A DNA stretch of 64,000 nucleotides from Vulcanimicrobiota bacterium (GCA_019240755.1 JAFAXS010000133.1:201-64200); one strand, 5' to 3'. Shown: positions 16,482-25,956, numbered from the stretch's first letter. Notes: generated by a model not told the origin, from the letters alone. Translations and numbers: made by a program.

Positions 16482-17225
16482 TCAGGATACACCGGCGGGC
16501 TGCAAAAGTATGCGTCCCACGTCGCCGATCGAGCCACAGGTTGCGTCGGGAGGTTGAGCGCCGGGCGGCAGCCGCTCGTCCCGCACGTTGAGCCAGATCG
16601 TAAAAAGGCCCGCGTCGAGGGCGCCGCGCACGTCGCGCTCGTAGCGGTCTCCGACCATCGCCGCATGCGACGGACTCGTGCCGAGCGCGCGACAGGCATG
16701 CGCGAAGAGCAGGGGATCGGGTTTCACCATCCCGACCTCGTCGGCGAGAAAGATGGCATCGAAAAGCTCCGTCAGGCGCAGCAGCGCGATCTTTTCCCGG
16801 TGCGTTTCCGAAAAGCCGTTGGTGAGGATGCCCAGCTTGACGCCGCGCTCCCGCAGCTCGCGCAGCAGTTCGACGGCGCCGGGAAAGACCGTATAATATT
16901 TCGCGCGATACGCATGATAGCGGGCAGCGCTGCGCTTCGCAAGGTCCGGGACCTCGCCTGCGCCGACACTGTCCAACGCGGCCTGCCATAGCGTCGCGCG
17001 CAGATTCGCCAGCTTCGCCTTCAAATCGCTTCCGGCGAGTCGTTCCCAAAAGCCCTCCGCCTGCGCGATGTACGCATCCTTGAGTTCGAGGGCGTCTATG
17101 CCATGCTCGGCAGCGATCTCTCGCGCCACCTCGTGCGCGGCGCTCTGATTTGCGAAGGTGTCGTCGTGCAGGGTGTCGTCGAGGTCGAAAAGGATGGCGT
17201 CAAGACGGCGAAACGGCAAGCTCAT
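16482..17225 (-). CDS. HAD-superfamily hydrolase
   Basis: Motif [32 protein letters not shown] 17225 overlaps the upstream stop (ATGA). Confidence 0.8.
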   Translation of the reverse strand: MSLPFRRLDAILFDLDDTLHDDTFANQSAAHEVAREIAAEHGIDALELKDAYIAQAEGFWERLAGSDLKAKLANLRATLWQAALDSVGAGEVPDLAKRSAARYHAYRAKYYTVFPGAVELLRELRERGVKLGILTNGFSETHREKIALLRLTELFDAIFLADEVGMVKPDPLLFAHACRALGTSPSHAAMVGDRYERDVRGALDAGLFTIWLNVRDERLPPGAQPPDATCGSIGDVGRILLQPAGVS

Positions 17226-18022
17226 CGAACGGCGTGCATGCGTTGCTGAAAATACTGCCAACCTTCCGGAGATATTCTCACGGAGCCGGAAAAAGGCGTC
17301 GAAAACTCCGCAATCACCACAAAGAGCAATCCGATGAGACCGACCAAGATTGCGGTCATCAGCAGCTGAGCCGGACGGTTTTCGACACCGAAGATGTAGC
17401 AGAAGGCGACCATCGCCAAGGCCCCGCAGACCAAGGCAAACCACAACACTGCAGGAACCGCGGGAACGGCCTGAACCAGCCGCTGCCGGCGAGCGTCGAA
17501 GAGCCGTTGCATATCGGCAATTGCGGCTTGCTGCGCGGCCAACTCCTTCCAATTCCGCGGTGAATACGCGTCGACGCGATACGCCGCATCCTCGAGCTGG
17601 CTCGCCGCCGCCCACGAGATCCGCTGTCCCGCGGCCATCGCCGGCCATTCCTGCATCACGACGATCCGCGCGTAACGCGCCAGATCGCTTCGAATTCGAG
17701 AGCGGCTGGCACCGGTGTAACCATCCACCGCGTGATACAGGTCGGCGGTCGCGTCAACTTCGTTTTCGACGTTGGAGACGGAGGCGTCGTATTTCTGCCA
17801 GACGACGACGACAACGAAGCCGAGCACCACCGCGTAGAGCACGCCGACCGCCGAGAAGAGATATCCCGCGACGTCGTTGTGGCGACGCAAGACGTCGCTG
17901 CGCAGCCGTTGCTGCAAAACGAAGTGGAGCGCCACGCAGAACGCGACGGCGAGGAATATGAAGAAGACCTCGAGCAACGCTTCGGGCAGGCTGACGATCG
18001 TTCGGCTTACGAACTCTGCCAA
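17222..18022 (-). CDS. Four-TM membrane protein, DUF4239-like
   Basis: Two N-terminal and two C-terminal hydrophobic helices flank a soluble central region. Family assignment is from memory of the architecture only. TTG start as given by the track. Confidence 0.55.
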   Translation of the reverse strand: MAEFVSRTIVSLPEALLEVFFIFLAVAFCVALHFVLQQRLRSDVLRRHNDVAGYLFSAVGVLYAVVLGFVVVVVWQKYDASVSNVENEVDATADLYHAVDGYTGASRSRIRSDLARYARIVVMQEWPAMAAGQRISWAAASQLEDAAYRVDAYSPRNWKELAAQQAAIADMQRLFDARRQRLVQAVPAVPAVLWFALVCGALAMVAFCYIFGVENRPAQLLMTAILVGLIGLLFVVIAEFSTPFSGSVRISPEGWQYFQQRMHAVR

Positions 18023-18027
18023 AGACT

Positions 18028-18307
18028 AGGGAACCTCTGAAGAAGTCGCTGCACCGATCGCAACGAGCAGTTTCGGCACAGCTCTAGGCGAAGCCGAGGG
18101 AGCATACTCGCGGAGTCTGTGACCGAGGCTGCAACAACGAGACGTGCCGAAAATGCCGTTGCCCAAAGGGTTTGACCACAAAGGCGGCGCCTGCGTCGTC
18201 GCCGACTCCGTCGAATACCGCTGCGGGTATGCTCCGTCGCCGTCTCCTAGCACTCGCCGCCTTTGTGGTTCAAACGATCGGTACATGGACTTCTTCAGAG
18301 GTTCCCT
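18028..18307. ncRNA. Candidate structured RNA element (three-way junction closed by a perfect 20-bp helix); strand undetermined
   Basis: No credible ORF. Hand-paired helices: 18028-18047/18288-18307 (20/20), 18053-18060/18275-18282, 18067-18079/18144-18156, 18170-18189/18255-18275 (one bulge). In addition 18099-18113 is complementary to 18221-18235. Confidence 0.4.
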
Positions 18308-18318
18308 CGATCCGCCGG

Positions 18319-20364
18319 CTAGTTACTGACCAGCTCGGCCAACGCCTTATCGAAAATCTTCGGAGCCTTGCCGCCGAAAAGAATGGACTCGTTGCCGCCG
18401 ATCTGCTTGCGTAAAGCGATCAGTTCGTCGCGCAGTGCCGCCGCCTTTTCGAACTCCAGATTCGCCGCGGCATTGCGCATGGCACGCTCCAAGTCCCGCG
18501 CCATGTTGAGCGCGGCATCGCGCGGCAACTTGTCGAACTTTAGCTTCGCCGTGTTCTCTTCCGTCGCGCCGACCATGCTCAAGATGTCGTGAATCTGCTT
18601 GCGCACCGATTTGGGTTCGATCCCGTGCTCGCGATTATATGCGACCTGCATGTCGCGGCGCCGGCGCGTTTCGCCGATCGCACGCGCCATCGACTCGGTC
18701 ACCACGTCGGCGTACATGATAACCTTTCCCTCTACGTTGCGCGAAGCGCGCCCGATCGTCTGGATCAACGACGTGCCGCTTCGGAGGTACCCCTCTTTAT
18801 CGGCGTCGAGGATCCCCACCAAGGATACCTCGGGCAGGTCGAGACCTTCCCGCAGCAGATTGATGCCGACGAGCACGTCGAAGACGCCGGCCCGCAGGTC
18901 GCGCAGGATCGCCACCCGCTCGAGCGTGTCCACTTCGCTGTGCAAGTATCGCACCCTCAGACCGTTCTCGAGCAGATAGTCGGTAAGGTCCTCGGCCATC
19001 TTTTTGGTAAGCGTCGTTACCAAGACGCGTTCCCGGCGCGCGGCGCGTTGCGCGATCTCTTCCATGAGATCGTCCACTTGATTGCGCGTCGGCCGCACCT
19101 CCACCTCGGGATCCACCAATCCCGTGGGCCGAATGATCATCTCGACGACTTGACTGCTCCGGCCGGTCTCGTACGTGCCCGGCGTCGCCGAAACGTAGAC
19201 GACCTGCGAGACGTGCTCGTCGAATTCGGCGTACGTCAGCGGCCGATTGTCGAGCGCGCTCGGCAAACGGAAGCCGTGCTCCACCAAAACCTCTTTGCGC
19301 GAGCGATCGCCGGCGTACATGCCATGCACTTGCGGCAGCGTGACGTGCGACTCGTCAACGAATAGCAGCCAGTCCTTCGGAAAGAAGTCGATCAGGCACC
19401 AGGGCGTCGAGCCGGGCTCGCGACCGGTGAGGTGACGCGAGTAGTTTTCGATTCCGTTACAGTACCCGACCTCGCGTAACATGTCGAGATCGTAACGGGT
19501 GCGCATCTCGAGACGCTGCGCCTCGAGCAGCTTGCCATGACCTCGAAAATAGACGAGTCGCTCTTCGAGCTCCTCTTCGATCGACACGATCGCCCGGCGC
19601 AGCTTCTCTTCCGGCGTGATGAAGTGCTTGGCGGGGAAGATCAGCAGCTGATCCTTGCGCTCCAGATACTCTCCGGTGAGCATGTTGACGACGTCGATAG
19701 ACTCGATTTCGTCGCCGAAAAACGAGATGCGATGGACGAGCTCTTCGTCCACGCCCACGAATTCCAGCGTATCGCCCCGCACCCGGAAGGTGCCGCGAAC
19801 GAGGTTGAGATCGTTGCGGCGATACTGCATGTCCACGAGCTTGCGCAGCAGCACGTCGCGGTCCAGCGCCTCCCCGGGCCGAACCTTCACGGACATCTCG
19901 ACGTAATCCGAGGGCGACCCCAAGCCGAAGATGCACGAGACCGAGGCGACGATGATCGTATCCCGGCGCGTCAGGAGCGACTGCGTGGCGGAGTGGCGCA
20001 GGCGCTCGATCTCGTCGTTGATCGAGCTGTCCTTCTCGATGTAGGTATCGGTCGACGGCACGTACGCCTCGGGCTGGTAGTAATCGAAATACGAGACGAA
20101 ATACTCGACCGCGTTGCGCGGAAAGAACTCGCGGAATTCGGCGCAGAGCTGTGCGGCGAGCGTCTTGTTATGACAGAGCACCAGCGTCGGCTTGCGCACC
20201 AACTCGATCGTCCGCGCCATGGCCATCGTCTTGCCGCTCCCGGTGACGCCGAGCAACGTCTGCGCGCGCTCGCCCCGCAGCACGCCGTCGGCCAATGCCT
20301 GCGTAGCTTTAGGCTGGTCGCCGGCAAGCGCGAAGGGACTGACCAAGGTGAACTCTTGGGGCAC
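18319..20364 (-). CDS. uvrB: Excinuclease ABC subunit B
   Basis: GDQPKA.., helicase motif [10 protein letters not shown]-terminal UVR domain ([17 protein letters not shown]). Start trimmed to GTG 20364, behind AAGGAAGG. Confidence 0.95.
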   Translation of the reverse strand: MPQEFTLVSPFALAGDQPKATQALADGVLRGERAQTLLGVTGSGKTMAMARTIELVRKPTLVLCHNKTLAAQLCAEFREFFPRNAVEYFVSYFDYYQPEAYVPSTDTYIEKDSSINDEIERLRHSATQSLLTRRDTIIVASVSCIFGLGSPSDYVEMSVKVRPGEALDRDVLLRKLVDMQYRRNDLNLVRGTFRVRGDTLEFVGVDEELVHRISFFGDEIESIDVVNMLTGEYLERKDQLLIFPAKHFITPEEKLRRAIVSIEEELEERLVYFRGHGKLLEAQRLEMRTRYDLDMLREVGYCNGIENYSRHLTGREPGSTPWCLIDFFPKDWLLFVDESHVTLPQVHGMYAGDRSRKEVLVEHGFRLPSALDNRPLTYAEFDEHVSQVVYVSATPGTYETGRSSQVVEMIIRPTGLVDPEVEVRPTRNQVDDLMEEIAQRAARRERVLVTTLTKKMAEDLTDYLLENGLRVRYLHSEVDTLERVAILRDLRAGVFDVLVGINLLREGLDLPEVSLVGILDADKEGYLRSGTSLIQTIGRASRNVEGKVIMYADVVTESMARAIGETRRRRDMQVAYNREHGIEPKSVRKQIHDILSMVGATEENTAKLKFDKLPRDAALNMARDLERAMRNAAANLEFEKAAALRDELIALRKQIGGNESILFGGKAPKIFDKALAELVSN

Positions 20365-20429
20365 GACCTTCCTTATAAACCATCCCCGAGGGCGGAACGA
20401 TTCAGGGCGCGAACTAGCCCGCGACTGCC

Positions 20430-21446
20430 GTGACACACCCTCCCTTGCTATTCTGCGGGAACTCGAATCCGCAGTTGGCCGAAGAGATCGCCAAACGCCT
20501 GCGACTGCACGTGGGCAAGGCGCTCGTTTCCGAATTCAAAAACGAAGAGACGCGCGTGGAGATACGCGAGAACGTCCGCGGGGCCGAGGTCTTCGTGTTG
20601 CAGTCAATCTGCAAAGCATCCAACGGAAAGGGCGTCAACGACGCCGTGATGGAGCTGCTGCTGATGATCGACGCGCTGAGGCGGGCGTCGGCTGCGAGGA
20701 TCACCGCCGTCATCCCCTACTACGGCTACGCGAAGCAAGATAAGAAGACTAAGGGACGCGAGCCGATCTCCGCCAAGGTGGTCGCGAATTTGCTGAAGGT
20801 CACGGGGGCGCGCCGGATCGTAACGATGGACCTCCATGCAGCGCAGATCCAGGGCTTCTTCGACATCCCCGTGGACAACTTGATGGCAATGCCCGTGCTC
20901 TGCAACTATCTAAAAAAGGAAGGGCTCTGCGACGACAAGATCGTCGTGGTATCGCCCGACGCCGGCGGCGTGCATCGCGCGGAGCTCTTCGCGAAGTGGC
21001 TCAACAGCTCGCTCGCGATCGCGTTCAAGCGACGCCCCGAGCCGGACGTCTCGGAAGTAACCGACATTGTCGGCGACGTTCACGACAGGGTAGCGGTCAT
21101 CGTAGACGACATGATTTCGACCGGCGGAACGCTTGCCAAGGCCGCGGAGGCAATTAAGGCGCGCGGAGCCACGCAGGTGTATACGGTCGCGACCCACGGA
21201 ATATTTGCGGGCGATGCGGTGCGGGTGCTGGAAGCGTCCGAAATCGAAAAAGTACTCTTTACCAACACGATACCGTTCCAGAACGGCGTCACGCATCCGA
21301 AGTTCGTGCAGCTCTCCATCGCGCAGACCTTCGCCGATGCGATCAATCGCATTACGACCAATCGCTCCGTTTCCGAGCTCTTCGAAGGCGAGGATGCGAT
21401 CAACACCATGCTGAGCGCGCCGACCGAGCCGCTCGCGCCAGTCTAA
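20430..21446 (+). CDS. prs: Ribose-phosphate pyrophosphokinase
   Basis: ..[15 protein letters not shown].., PRPP loop [14 protein letters not shown]. Confidence 0.95.
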   Translation: MTHPPLLFCGNSNPQLAEEIAKRLRLHVGKALVSEFKNEETRVEIRENVRGAEVFVLQSICKASNGKGVNDAVMELLLMIDALRRASAARITAVIPYYGYAKQDKKTKGREPISAKVVANLLKVTGARRIVTMDLHAAQIQGFFDIPVDNLMAMPVLCNYLKKEGLCDDKIVVVSPDAGGVHRAELFAKWLNSSLAIAFKRRPEPDVSEVTDIVGDVHDRVAVIVDDMISTGGTLAKAAEAIKARGATQVYTVATHGIFAGDAVRVLEASEIEKVLFTNTIPFQNGVTHPKFVQLSIAQTFADAINRITTNRSVSELFEGEDAINTMLSAPTEPLAPV

Positions 21447-21463
21447 ACAGACGGAAAGCCACG

Positions 21464-22123
21464 ATGCCAAAGAAGGATCTCACGCTCACTACGCAATCGC
21501 GCGAAAAGCTTGGAACCACGGGCTCTCAGGCGCTTCGCGCCGGAGGCAAAATTCCCGCGGTCGTCTACGGCCACGGCGCGGCGCCAGAGCATATCGCGAT
21601 TAACGCGCACGACTTCAGCGAGTTGTTGCACCATGGCGGACGCAATGCCATCATCACGCTCGCGGATGGCCGCCGTAAGCGCGAGACCGCGATCGTGCGC
21701 CAGGTTCAAATTCATCCGGTCTCGCGCCGAATCATCCACGCGGACTTGCAACGCGTCTCGGCCAACGAAGCGATCGATGCGCGCTTGCCGATCGTAACGG
21801 TTGGGGTTGCGGAAGGCGTTCGCAACTTTGGCGCCGTGATGGACGTGATCGCGCACGACATCGAGGTGGAGGGCCCGGCGAATCGGATTCCGGAGCACTT
21901 GGAGATCGACGTCAGCGGCCTCAACATTCACGAGCACGTTACGGCAGGCGACGTGAAGCTGCCGGAGGGCTTCAAACTGCTGACTTCGCCCGAAACGATC
22001 GTCGTAACGATCGAGCCGTCGCGCACCGCGCAGGAAGTCGAGGAGGCCGCGGCTCCCACCGAAGAGGCCGCGGAACCCGAGGTCATCGGCGCCGAGCCGC
22101 AAGCAGCGACCGAGGAACAGTAA
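21464..22123 (+). CDS. rplY: Ribosomal protein L25 (long Ctc form)
   Basis: ..RAGGKIPAVVYGHG.. L25 fold with an Ala/Glu-rich C-terminal tail. Lies between prs and pth as in Bacillus. Confidence 0.9.
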   Translation: MPKKDLTLTTQSREKLGTTGSQALRAGGKIPAVVYGHGAAPEHIAINAHDFSELLHHGGRNAIITLADGRRKRETAIVRQVQIHPVSRRIIHADLQRVSANEAIDARLPIVTVGVAEGVRNFGAVMDVIAHDIEVEGPANRIPEHLEIDVSGLNIHEHVTAGDVKLPEGFKLLTSPETIVVTIEPSRTAQEVEEAAAPTEEAAEPEVIGAEPQAATEEQ

Positions 22124-22690
22124 CTGGCGCCACGGCTCGTCGTCGGGCTGGGCAACCCCGGAAAAGAGTACGCGGCGACGCGCCACAACGTCGGCTTCAT
22201 GGTCGTCGACGAGGTCGCGCGACGCTACGGAATCGATCGTTGGAAGCGCAAGGACAGCGCCGCACAGGCGTTCGATTCACGGCGCGGCATCGTCTTCGTT
22301 AAGCCGGCGTCGTTCATGAATCTCTCGGGCACGCCGGTTCGCCTCATCTCGTCTTGGTATCGGGTGCCGCCCGGCGAGGTCTTGGTGATCAGCGACGACT
22401 TGGATCTGCCCTTCGGCAAACTTCGCATGCGCCGCAGCGGAGGTCACGGCGGACACAACGGACTGCGCTCCGTTATCGCGACGATCGGCGAAGACTTCCC
22501 CCGCATTCGCGTCGGCGTCGGCCGGCCCGAGTTCGACAGCGTCGATCACGTGCTGGGAGAGTTCGTTGCCGACGAGCGCCAGGCGCTTCCGGAGATCATC
22601 GCGGCCGCGGCCGGCGGCGTCGAACGCTGGCTCGACGGCAACGTCGAGGCCGCGATGCGGTTCGTTAACTCGTGGGCGTCGCCACAGTAG
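22124..22690 (+). CDS. pth: Peptidyl-tRNA hydrolase (start codon non-canonical or unresolved)
   Basis: The conserved N-terminus LVVGLGNPGKEYAATRHNVGF is encoded at 22136-22198, upstream of the first ATG (22199). The only upstream start-like codon is CTG 22124, directly after the L25 TAA. Confidence 0.85.
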   Translation: MAPRLVVGLGNPGKEYAATRHNVGFMVVDEVARRYGIDRWKRKDSAAQAFDSRRGIVFVKPASFMNLSGTPVRLISSWYRVPPGEVLVISDDLDLPFGKLRMRRSGGHGGHNGLRSVIATIGEDFPRIRVGVGRPEFDSVDHVLGEFVADERQALPEIIAAAAGGVERWLDGNVEAAMRFVNSWASPQ

Positions 22691-22693
22691 CGG

Positions 22694-23956
22694 TCACGGG
22701 CAGCGGCTTGGCACGTGATTGATCGCGGCAACGCGCGCGCCGATTCCCGGCGACGTTGAAAGAAACAGCAGCGCGGAGCTCTCCGGGCAGACCTCTTCCA
22801 TGCGTTGATCGGCCTCGCGAACGAGCGCACGCACTGCCGCGGCGGGCCTCTGAGTGAGCGCGACGGCGTAGCGGTCGGCATCGAACACGTAAGGTCGCAG
22901 CGCGGCATTGCGCACGGGTACCGCAACGAGATAGACCAGCGCGAAGAGCGCGCCGACGATCGCAAGGCGCGAGAGCGGATCGTCATCGCGCCGGAATCGA
23001 ATTCGATCGGCAATTCCGGTCGCCAGGGCGGCAAAAATGATGATGGTGCCGCCTTCGATCAATGCGACCGACAACGCGTCATCATGCGCAATTCCACCCA
23101 CCTCGTAGGCCACGCGATACGCGATCTCGAGCGGCGTGTCCGCCGCCACGACGGTCCGGCCCACGATGATTCGGCGCTCCGGCCATGCCGGCAACACGGT
23201 CACTTCGCCGATCGGTGAGTCGCGGGAACTCTCGACGACGTCCATCGGCGCAATCCCGGCACGCGCGAGGAGCGAATCCAGGTTGTCAACGAGTCCACCG
23301 TGCAGCGCACGGGTGCGCCCGAACGGCGCCTGCACGTACGGGCTGGCGAATCCCCACCCTACGCTGACCGCGAGGATCGCAAGGACGGTGTACGCGTACC
23401 ATTGGTGCGTTCGATCGACGAGCCACAACACCACGGCTGCAATTATTCCGGCCACGATCATCGCCAGCAGGGTGTGAAATAGCCAGAAGAGTCCCCACGT
23501 TCTCGTAAGCATCGGAGTGAGCTGCAGCGTTCGATCCACGCGATAGAGGTAGAACGCGGGCAACAATGCCGCCAACCGCGCCAACAACGCGAGCGCCGCG
23601 CCATAGCAAAATCGAATGCTCCATCGCGAACGAAGCCTCCGCGCGAGCCAATTGCGCAAGGATGCCGCACCTCCCGAGCTCCACAGATAGAAGAGCGCGA
23701 TCGCCTCGAAGACGGGGGCCACGATCCAGCCGATTGCGGTCCAGTGCACCTTGCGCGACGCCGCCGCTTGGCGCTCTCGGTCCACCAGCACGATCGCTGG
23801 CCGTTGCATCAACGCGCGATCGGAGATCGCCGTAACGTGCCGATCGAGCACGTTGGGACGCTGGATCGCGGCTACGGCGGGGGCGAATCCCGCCAAGAAC
23901 AGCAGCGACGCCACGGCGACGCCATAGAAAGCCGGTAGCGTTAGACGACTACGCAT
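22694..23956 (-). CDS. Polytopic membrane protein, M48 (Ste24/HtpX)-like with degenerate zinc site
   Basis: Multi-TM N-terminal half. HEXXH position reads AYEVGGIAH. C-terminal ..FDADRYAVAL..STSPGIGARVAAI resembles the M48 E..ADxxA / HP...R region but lacks the ligand residues. Confidence 0.55.
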   Translation of the reverse strand: MRSRLTLPAFYGVAVASLLFLAGFAPAVAAIQRPNVLDRHVTAISDRALMQRPAIVLVDRERQAAASRKVHWTAIGWIVAPVFEAIALFYLWSSGGAASLRNWLARRLRSRWSIRFCYGAALALLARLAALLPAFYLYRVDRTLQLTPMLTRTWGLFWLFHTLLAMIVAGIIAAVVLWLVDRTHQWYAYTVLAILAVSVGWGFASPYVQAPFGRTRALHGGLVDNLDSLLARAGIAPMDVVESSRDSPIGEVTVLPAWPERRIIVGRTVVAADTPLEIAYRVAYEVGGIAHDDALSVALIEGGTIIIFAALATGIADRIRFRRDDDPLSRLAIVGALFALVYLVAVPVRNAALRPYVFDADRYAVALTQRPAAAVRALVREADQRMEEVCPESSALLFLSTSPGIGARVAAINHVPSRCP

Positions 23957-24330
23957 CGTACGTCATACCGTTCGAAAACGGTATCGCCGGTAATTACGGT
24001 GAGATTTTCAAGCTGCGCCTGAGCAGTGAGCATTCGATCGAATGGATCGGCATGATGCAAGGGAAGTTCGGCAACCCCTAGTGCGTGCTCTTCGCTGATC
24101 GGCAAAGAAAGGATATTGGATTCTCGCGCTCGCCGCGGAACGTAGAGAGCCGGATTACCGGGGAGCTTCATTTTTCCAATCCTCACCTTAATCGCGATCT
24201 CCCAGGCGCTCGCAGCCGAAAGGTAGAGTTGATTCTCCGCGTTCCGGAGCTGTGCCCAAAATTTTGCCTTAATCTTTCCCGGATAAAGAAACATCCAAAG
24301 AAAGACCTGCGTATCGAGCAAGAATCTCAC
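23941..24330 (-). CDS. vapC: PIN-domain toxin (VapC type)
   Basis: MRFLLDTQVFLW.. (first acidic residue), ..SAASAWEIAIK.., ..HHADPFDRML.., ..ITGD.. are typical PIN acidic motifs. Lower GC than the flanks. Confidence 0.85.
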   Translation of the reverse strand: MRFLLDTQVFLWMFLYPGKIKAKFWAQLRNAENQLYLSAASAWEIAIKVRIGKMKLPGNPALYVPRRARESNILSLPISEEHALGVAELPLHHADPFDRMLTAQAQLENLTVITGDTVFERYDVRCVVV

Positions 24331-24557
24331 GCGTAAAACTGCTTTAGTAGTTCGGCCGGCAAGGGCGCATCGAAATCGTCCGCCACGAAGCCCAGACCCT
24401 CATCGTTAGCGAAGGAACGCTCTTTGGCAGCGCTTGCGGGGACGATTCTGGCAACGGGAACGCCGCTGCGCGTCACTACAATCTCCTCGCCGGCCTCCGC
24501 CCGTTTGATTAAAGCGGAAAAGTGAGCCTTTGCCTCGCCGACGCTCGCGTGCTTCAT
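24327..24557 (-). CDS. Type II antitoxin (Phd/YefM-like fold)
   Basis: 76 aa. VGEAKAHFSALIKRAEAGEEIVVTRSGVPVARIVP is typical of the prevent-host-death family. 4-nt overlap with vapC. Confidence 0.8.
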   Translation of the reverse strand: MKHASVGEAKAHFSALIKRAEAGEEIVVTRSGVPVARIVPASAAKERSFANDEGLGFVADDFDAPLPAELLKQFYA

Positions 24558-24563
24558 GACACG

Positions 24564-24593
24564 AGCATACGCGCTTGACCATGGTAGGTCAAG
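24564..24593 (-). promoter_or_regulatory. Putative vapBC promoter with operator palindrome
   Basis: Minus strand: TTGACC - 17 nt - TATGCT, ending 6 nt before the ATG, which implies a near-leaderless mRNA. Inverted repeat CTTGACC(24574-80)/GGTCAAG(24587-93) overlaps the -35. Confidence 0.5.
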
Positions 24594-24621
24594 ATAGTTG
24601 GTCAGGCCCTTTGAGCGGGGG

Positions 24622-25956
24622 CTACTTCTTCGGCAGTGGGCGCGCCGGGTTGCCCGCGACCCGTTCGCCCGGCTCTACGTCGTGCGTCACGACTGAGCCG
24701 GCGCCGGTCAGCGAACCGTCGCCCAGACTTACCGGGGCAACGAGCGAGGTGTTCGAGCCGATCGAAACGTCGCGTCCGATCGATGTGACGTTCTTTCGTA
24801 CGCCGTCGAAGTTGCACGTGATCGTCCCGGCTCCGACGTTGGTGTCTTCGCCGATCGTCGCGTCGCCTAGATACGCCAGGTGCCCCGCCTTGACCCGAGC
24901 GGCGAGCCGCGCCTTCTTTATCTCCACGAAGTTTCCGACGCGCACGCCTTCGCCCAACGCCGCGTCGCCCCGGAGATGCGCGAAGGGCCCGATCACGGCA
25001 TCGTCTCCGACGCTCGAGTCGGAGATCACGCTTTCGCGCACGGTCACGCGGTCGCCGAGGCGCGCGTTGGAGAGGCGGCTGTTGGGACCGATCGTGCAGT
25101 TGCTCCCGACTTGCGACAAGCGAGAAATCGCCGTGTTCGGATAGATGACCGTGTCGGCTCCGATGCTCAGCTCCGGTTCCAGATAGGTCGTTTGCGGATC
25201 GACAATCGTCACGCCGTCGGCCATGTGCGCGGCGCAGAGCCGCTCGTTCATCTCGCGCCGGGCGAGCGCCAGTTCGGCGCGGTCGTTGATGCCCAAGACG
25301 TGCTGATGGTCGGCCGTCACGGCCGTCACTTTCTTCCCGGCTTCCACAAAATATCCGACCGCGTCGGTCAAATAGTATTCGCCCTGCGCGTTGTCGCTTC
25401 GAAGCTTCGTCACGGCGTCGCGCAGCGCGGCTTCATCGAACGCGTAGATCCCGGCATTCATTTCGGCAATGGCCAACTGCTCGGCCGTGGCATCGGCGAC
25501 TTCCACGATTCGCTCGACCTGCGAGCCGTTACGCACCACGCGGCCAAAGTTCGACGGGAGCGGCATCGCGGCGCTCACAAGCGCCATCACCGCGCCGTCG
25601 CTCGCATCGAGCGCGCGAACGACCGAGGCAAACGTCTCCACTTGCACCAGCGGCATGTCGCCGCACGCGACGACGATGCGCCCTCGGGGATCGGAGTCGA
25701 GACGCTCCAGCGCCGTCCGAACGGCGTCTCCGGTTCCACGCTGTTTGCGCTGTACGACTGCCGTCACGCCGAACTGCGCCATCTCCGCATTCAGCTCGTC
25801 GTTGACGACGACGACGACCTGGTCCATCCCCGAGCTGCGCAGCGACTCCAGCACGTACCAGAGCATCGGACGTCCGCAGAGTTCGTGCAGCACCTTCGTA
25901 CGGCTGCTCTTCATCCGCGTGCCTTTGCCCGCAGCCAGCACGACCGCGCGAATCAT
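24622..25956 (-). CDS. glmU: Bifunctional GlcNAc-1-P uridyltransferase / GlcN-1-P acetyltransferase
   Basis: LAAGKGTRM nucleotidyltransferase motif. C-terminal hexapeptide-repeat beta-helix. Confidence 0.95.
   Translation of the reverse strand: MIRAVVLAAGKGTRMKSSRTKVLHELCGRPMLWYVLESLRSSGMDQVVVVVNDELNAEMAQFGVTAVVQRKQRGTGDAVRTALERLDSDPRGRIVVACGDMPLVQVETFASVVRALDASDGAVMALVSAAMPLPSNFGRVVRNGSQVERIVEVADATAEQLAIAEMNAGIYAFDEAALRDAVTKLRSDNAQGEYYLTDAVGYFVEAGKKVTAVTADHQHVLGINDRAELALARREMNERLCAAHMADGVTIVDPQTTYLEPELSIGADTVIYPNTAISRLSQVGSNCTIGPNSRLSNARLGDRVTVRESVISDSSVGDDAVIGPFAHLRGDAALGEGVRVGNFVEIKKARLAARVKAGHLAYLGDATIGEDTNVGAGTITCNFDGVRKNVTSIGRDVSIGSNTSLVAPVSLGDGSLTGAGSVVTHDVEPGERVAGNPARPLPKK

Noticed and set aside
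16469-16699. N-terminal extensions in the ORF track, for example uvrA from 16699, HAD from 17648, archaemetzincin from 9869, meaB from 30944, tricorn from 30590 and the Gly-rich gene from 5386.
   Set aside because: The track takes the longest ORF with ATG/GTG/TTG. The extensions are Arg-rich junk that overlaps upstream genes or tRNAs. Conserved N-termini and Shine-Dalgarno-like sequences indicate the internal starts used in the feature table.
18026-18038. The 13-nt match CTAGGGAACCTCT at 18026 and 35454, and recurrence of TAGGGAA(C/T) in several intergenic spots (5072, 18027, 35455, 47328, 47672).
   Set aside because: A simple estimate gives tens of chance 13-mer matches in a 64-kb window counting both strands. 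The 8-mer count is too small to test by eye. Several instances just contain a TAG stop codon. It is worth a genome-wide motif count but is not supportable here.
18023-18318. Interpreting the structured spacer as a retron msr/msd, a MITE or a known housekeeping RNA.
   Set aside because: No reverse transcriptase gene is adjacent. There is no target-site duplication (flanks are CTA and TCG) and no second copy in the window. None of the RNase P, tmRNA, SRP or 6S signature sequences is present. It is kept as an unclassified candidate instead.
20365-20429. An SOS (LexA) box in the divergent uvrB-prs spacer.
   Set aside because: There is no CTGT-N8-ACAG or GAAC-N4-GTTC type palindrome. Only GAACGATTCAGG is present, and it lacks the second half-site.
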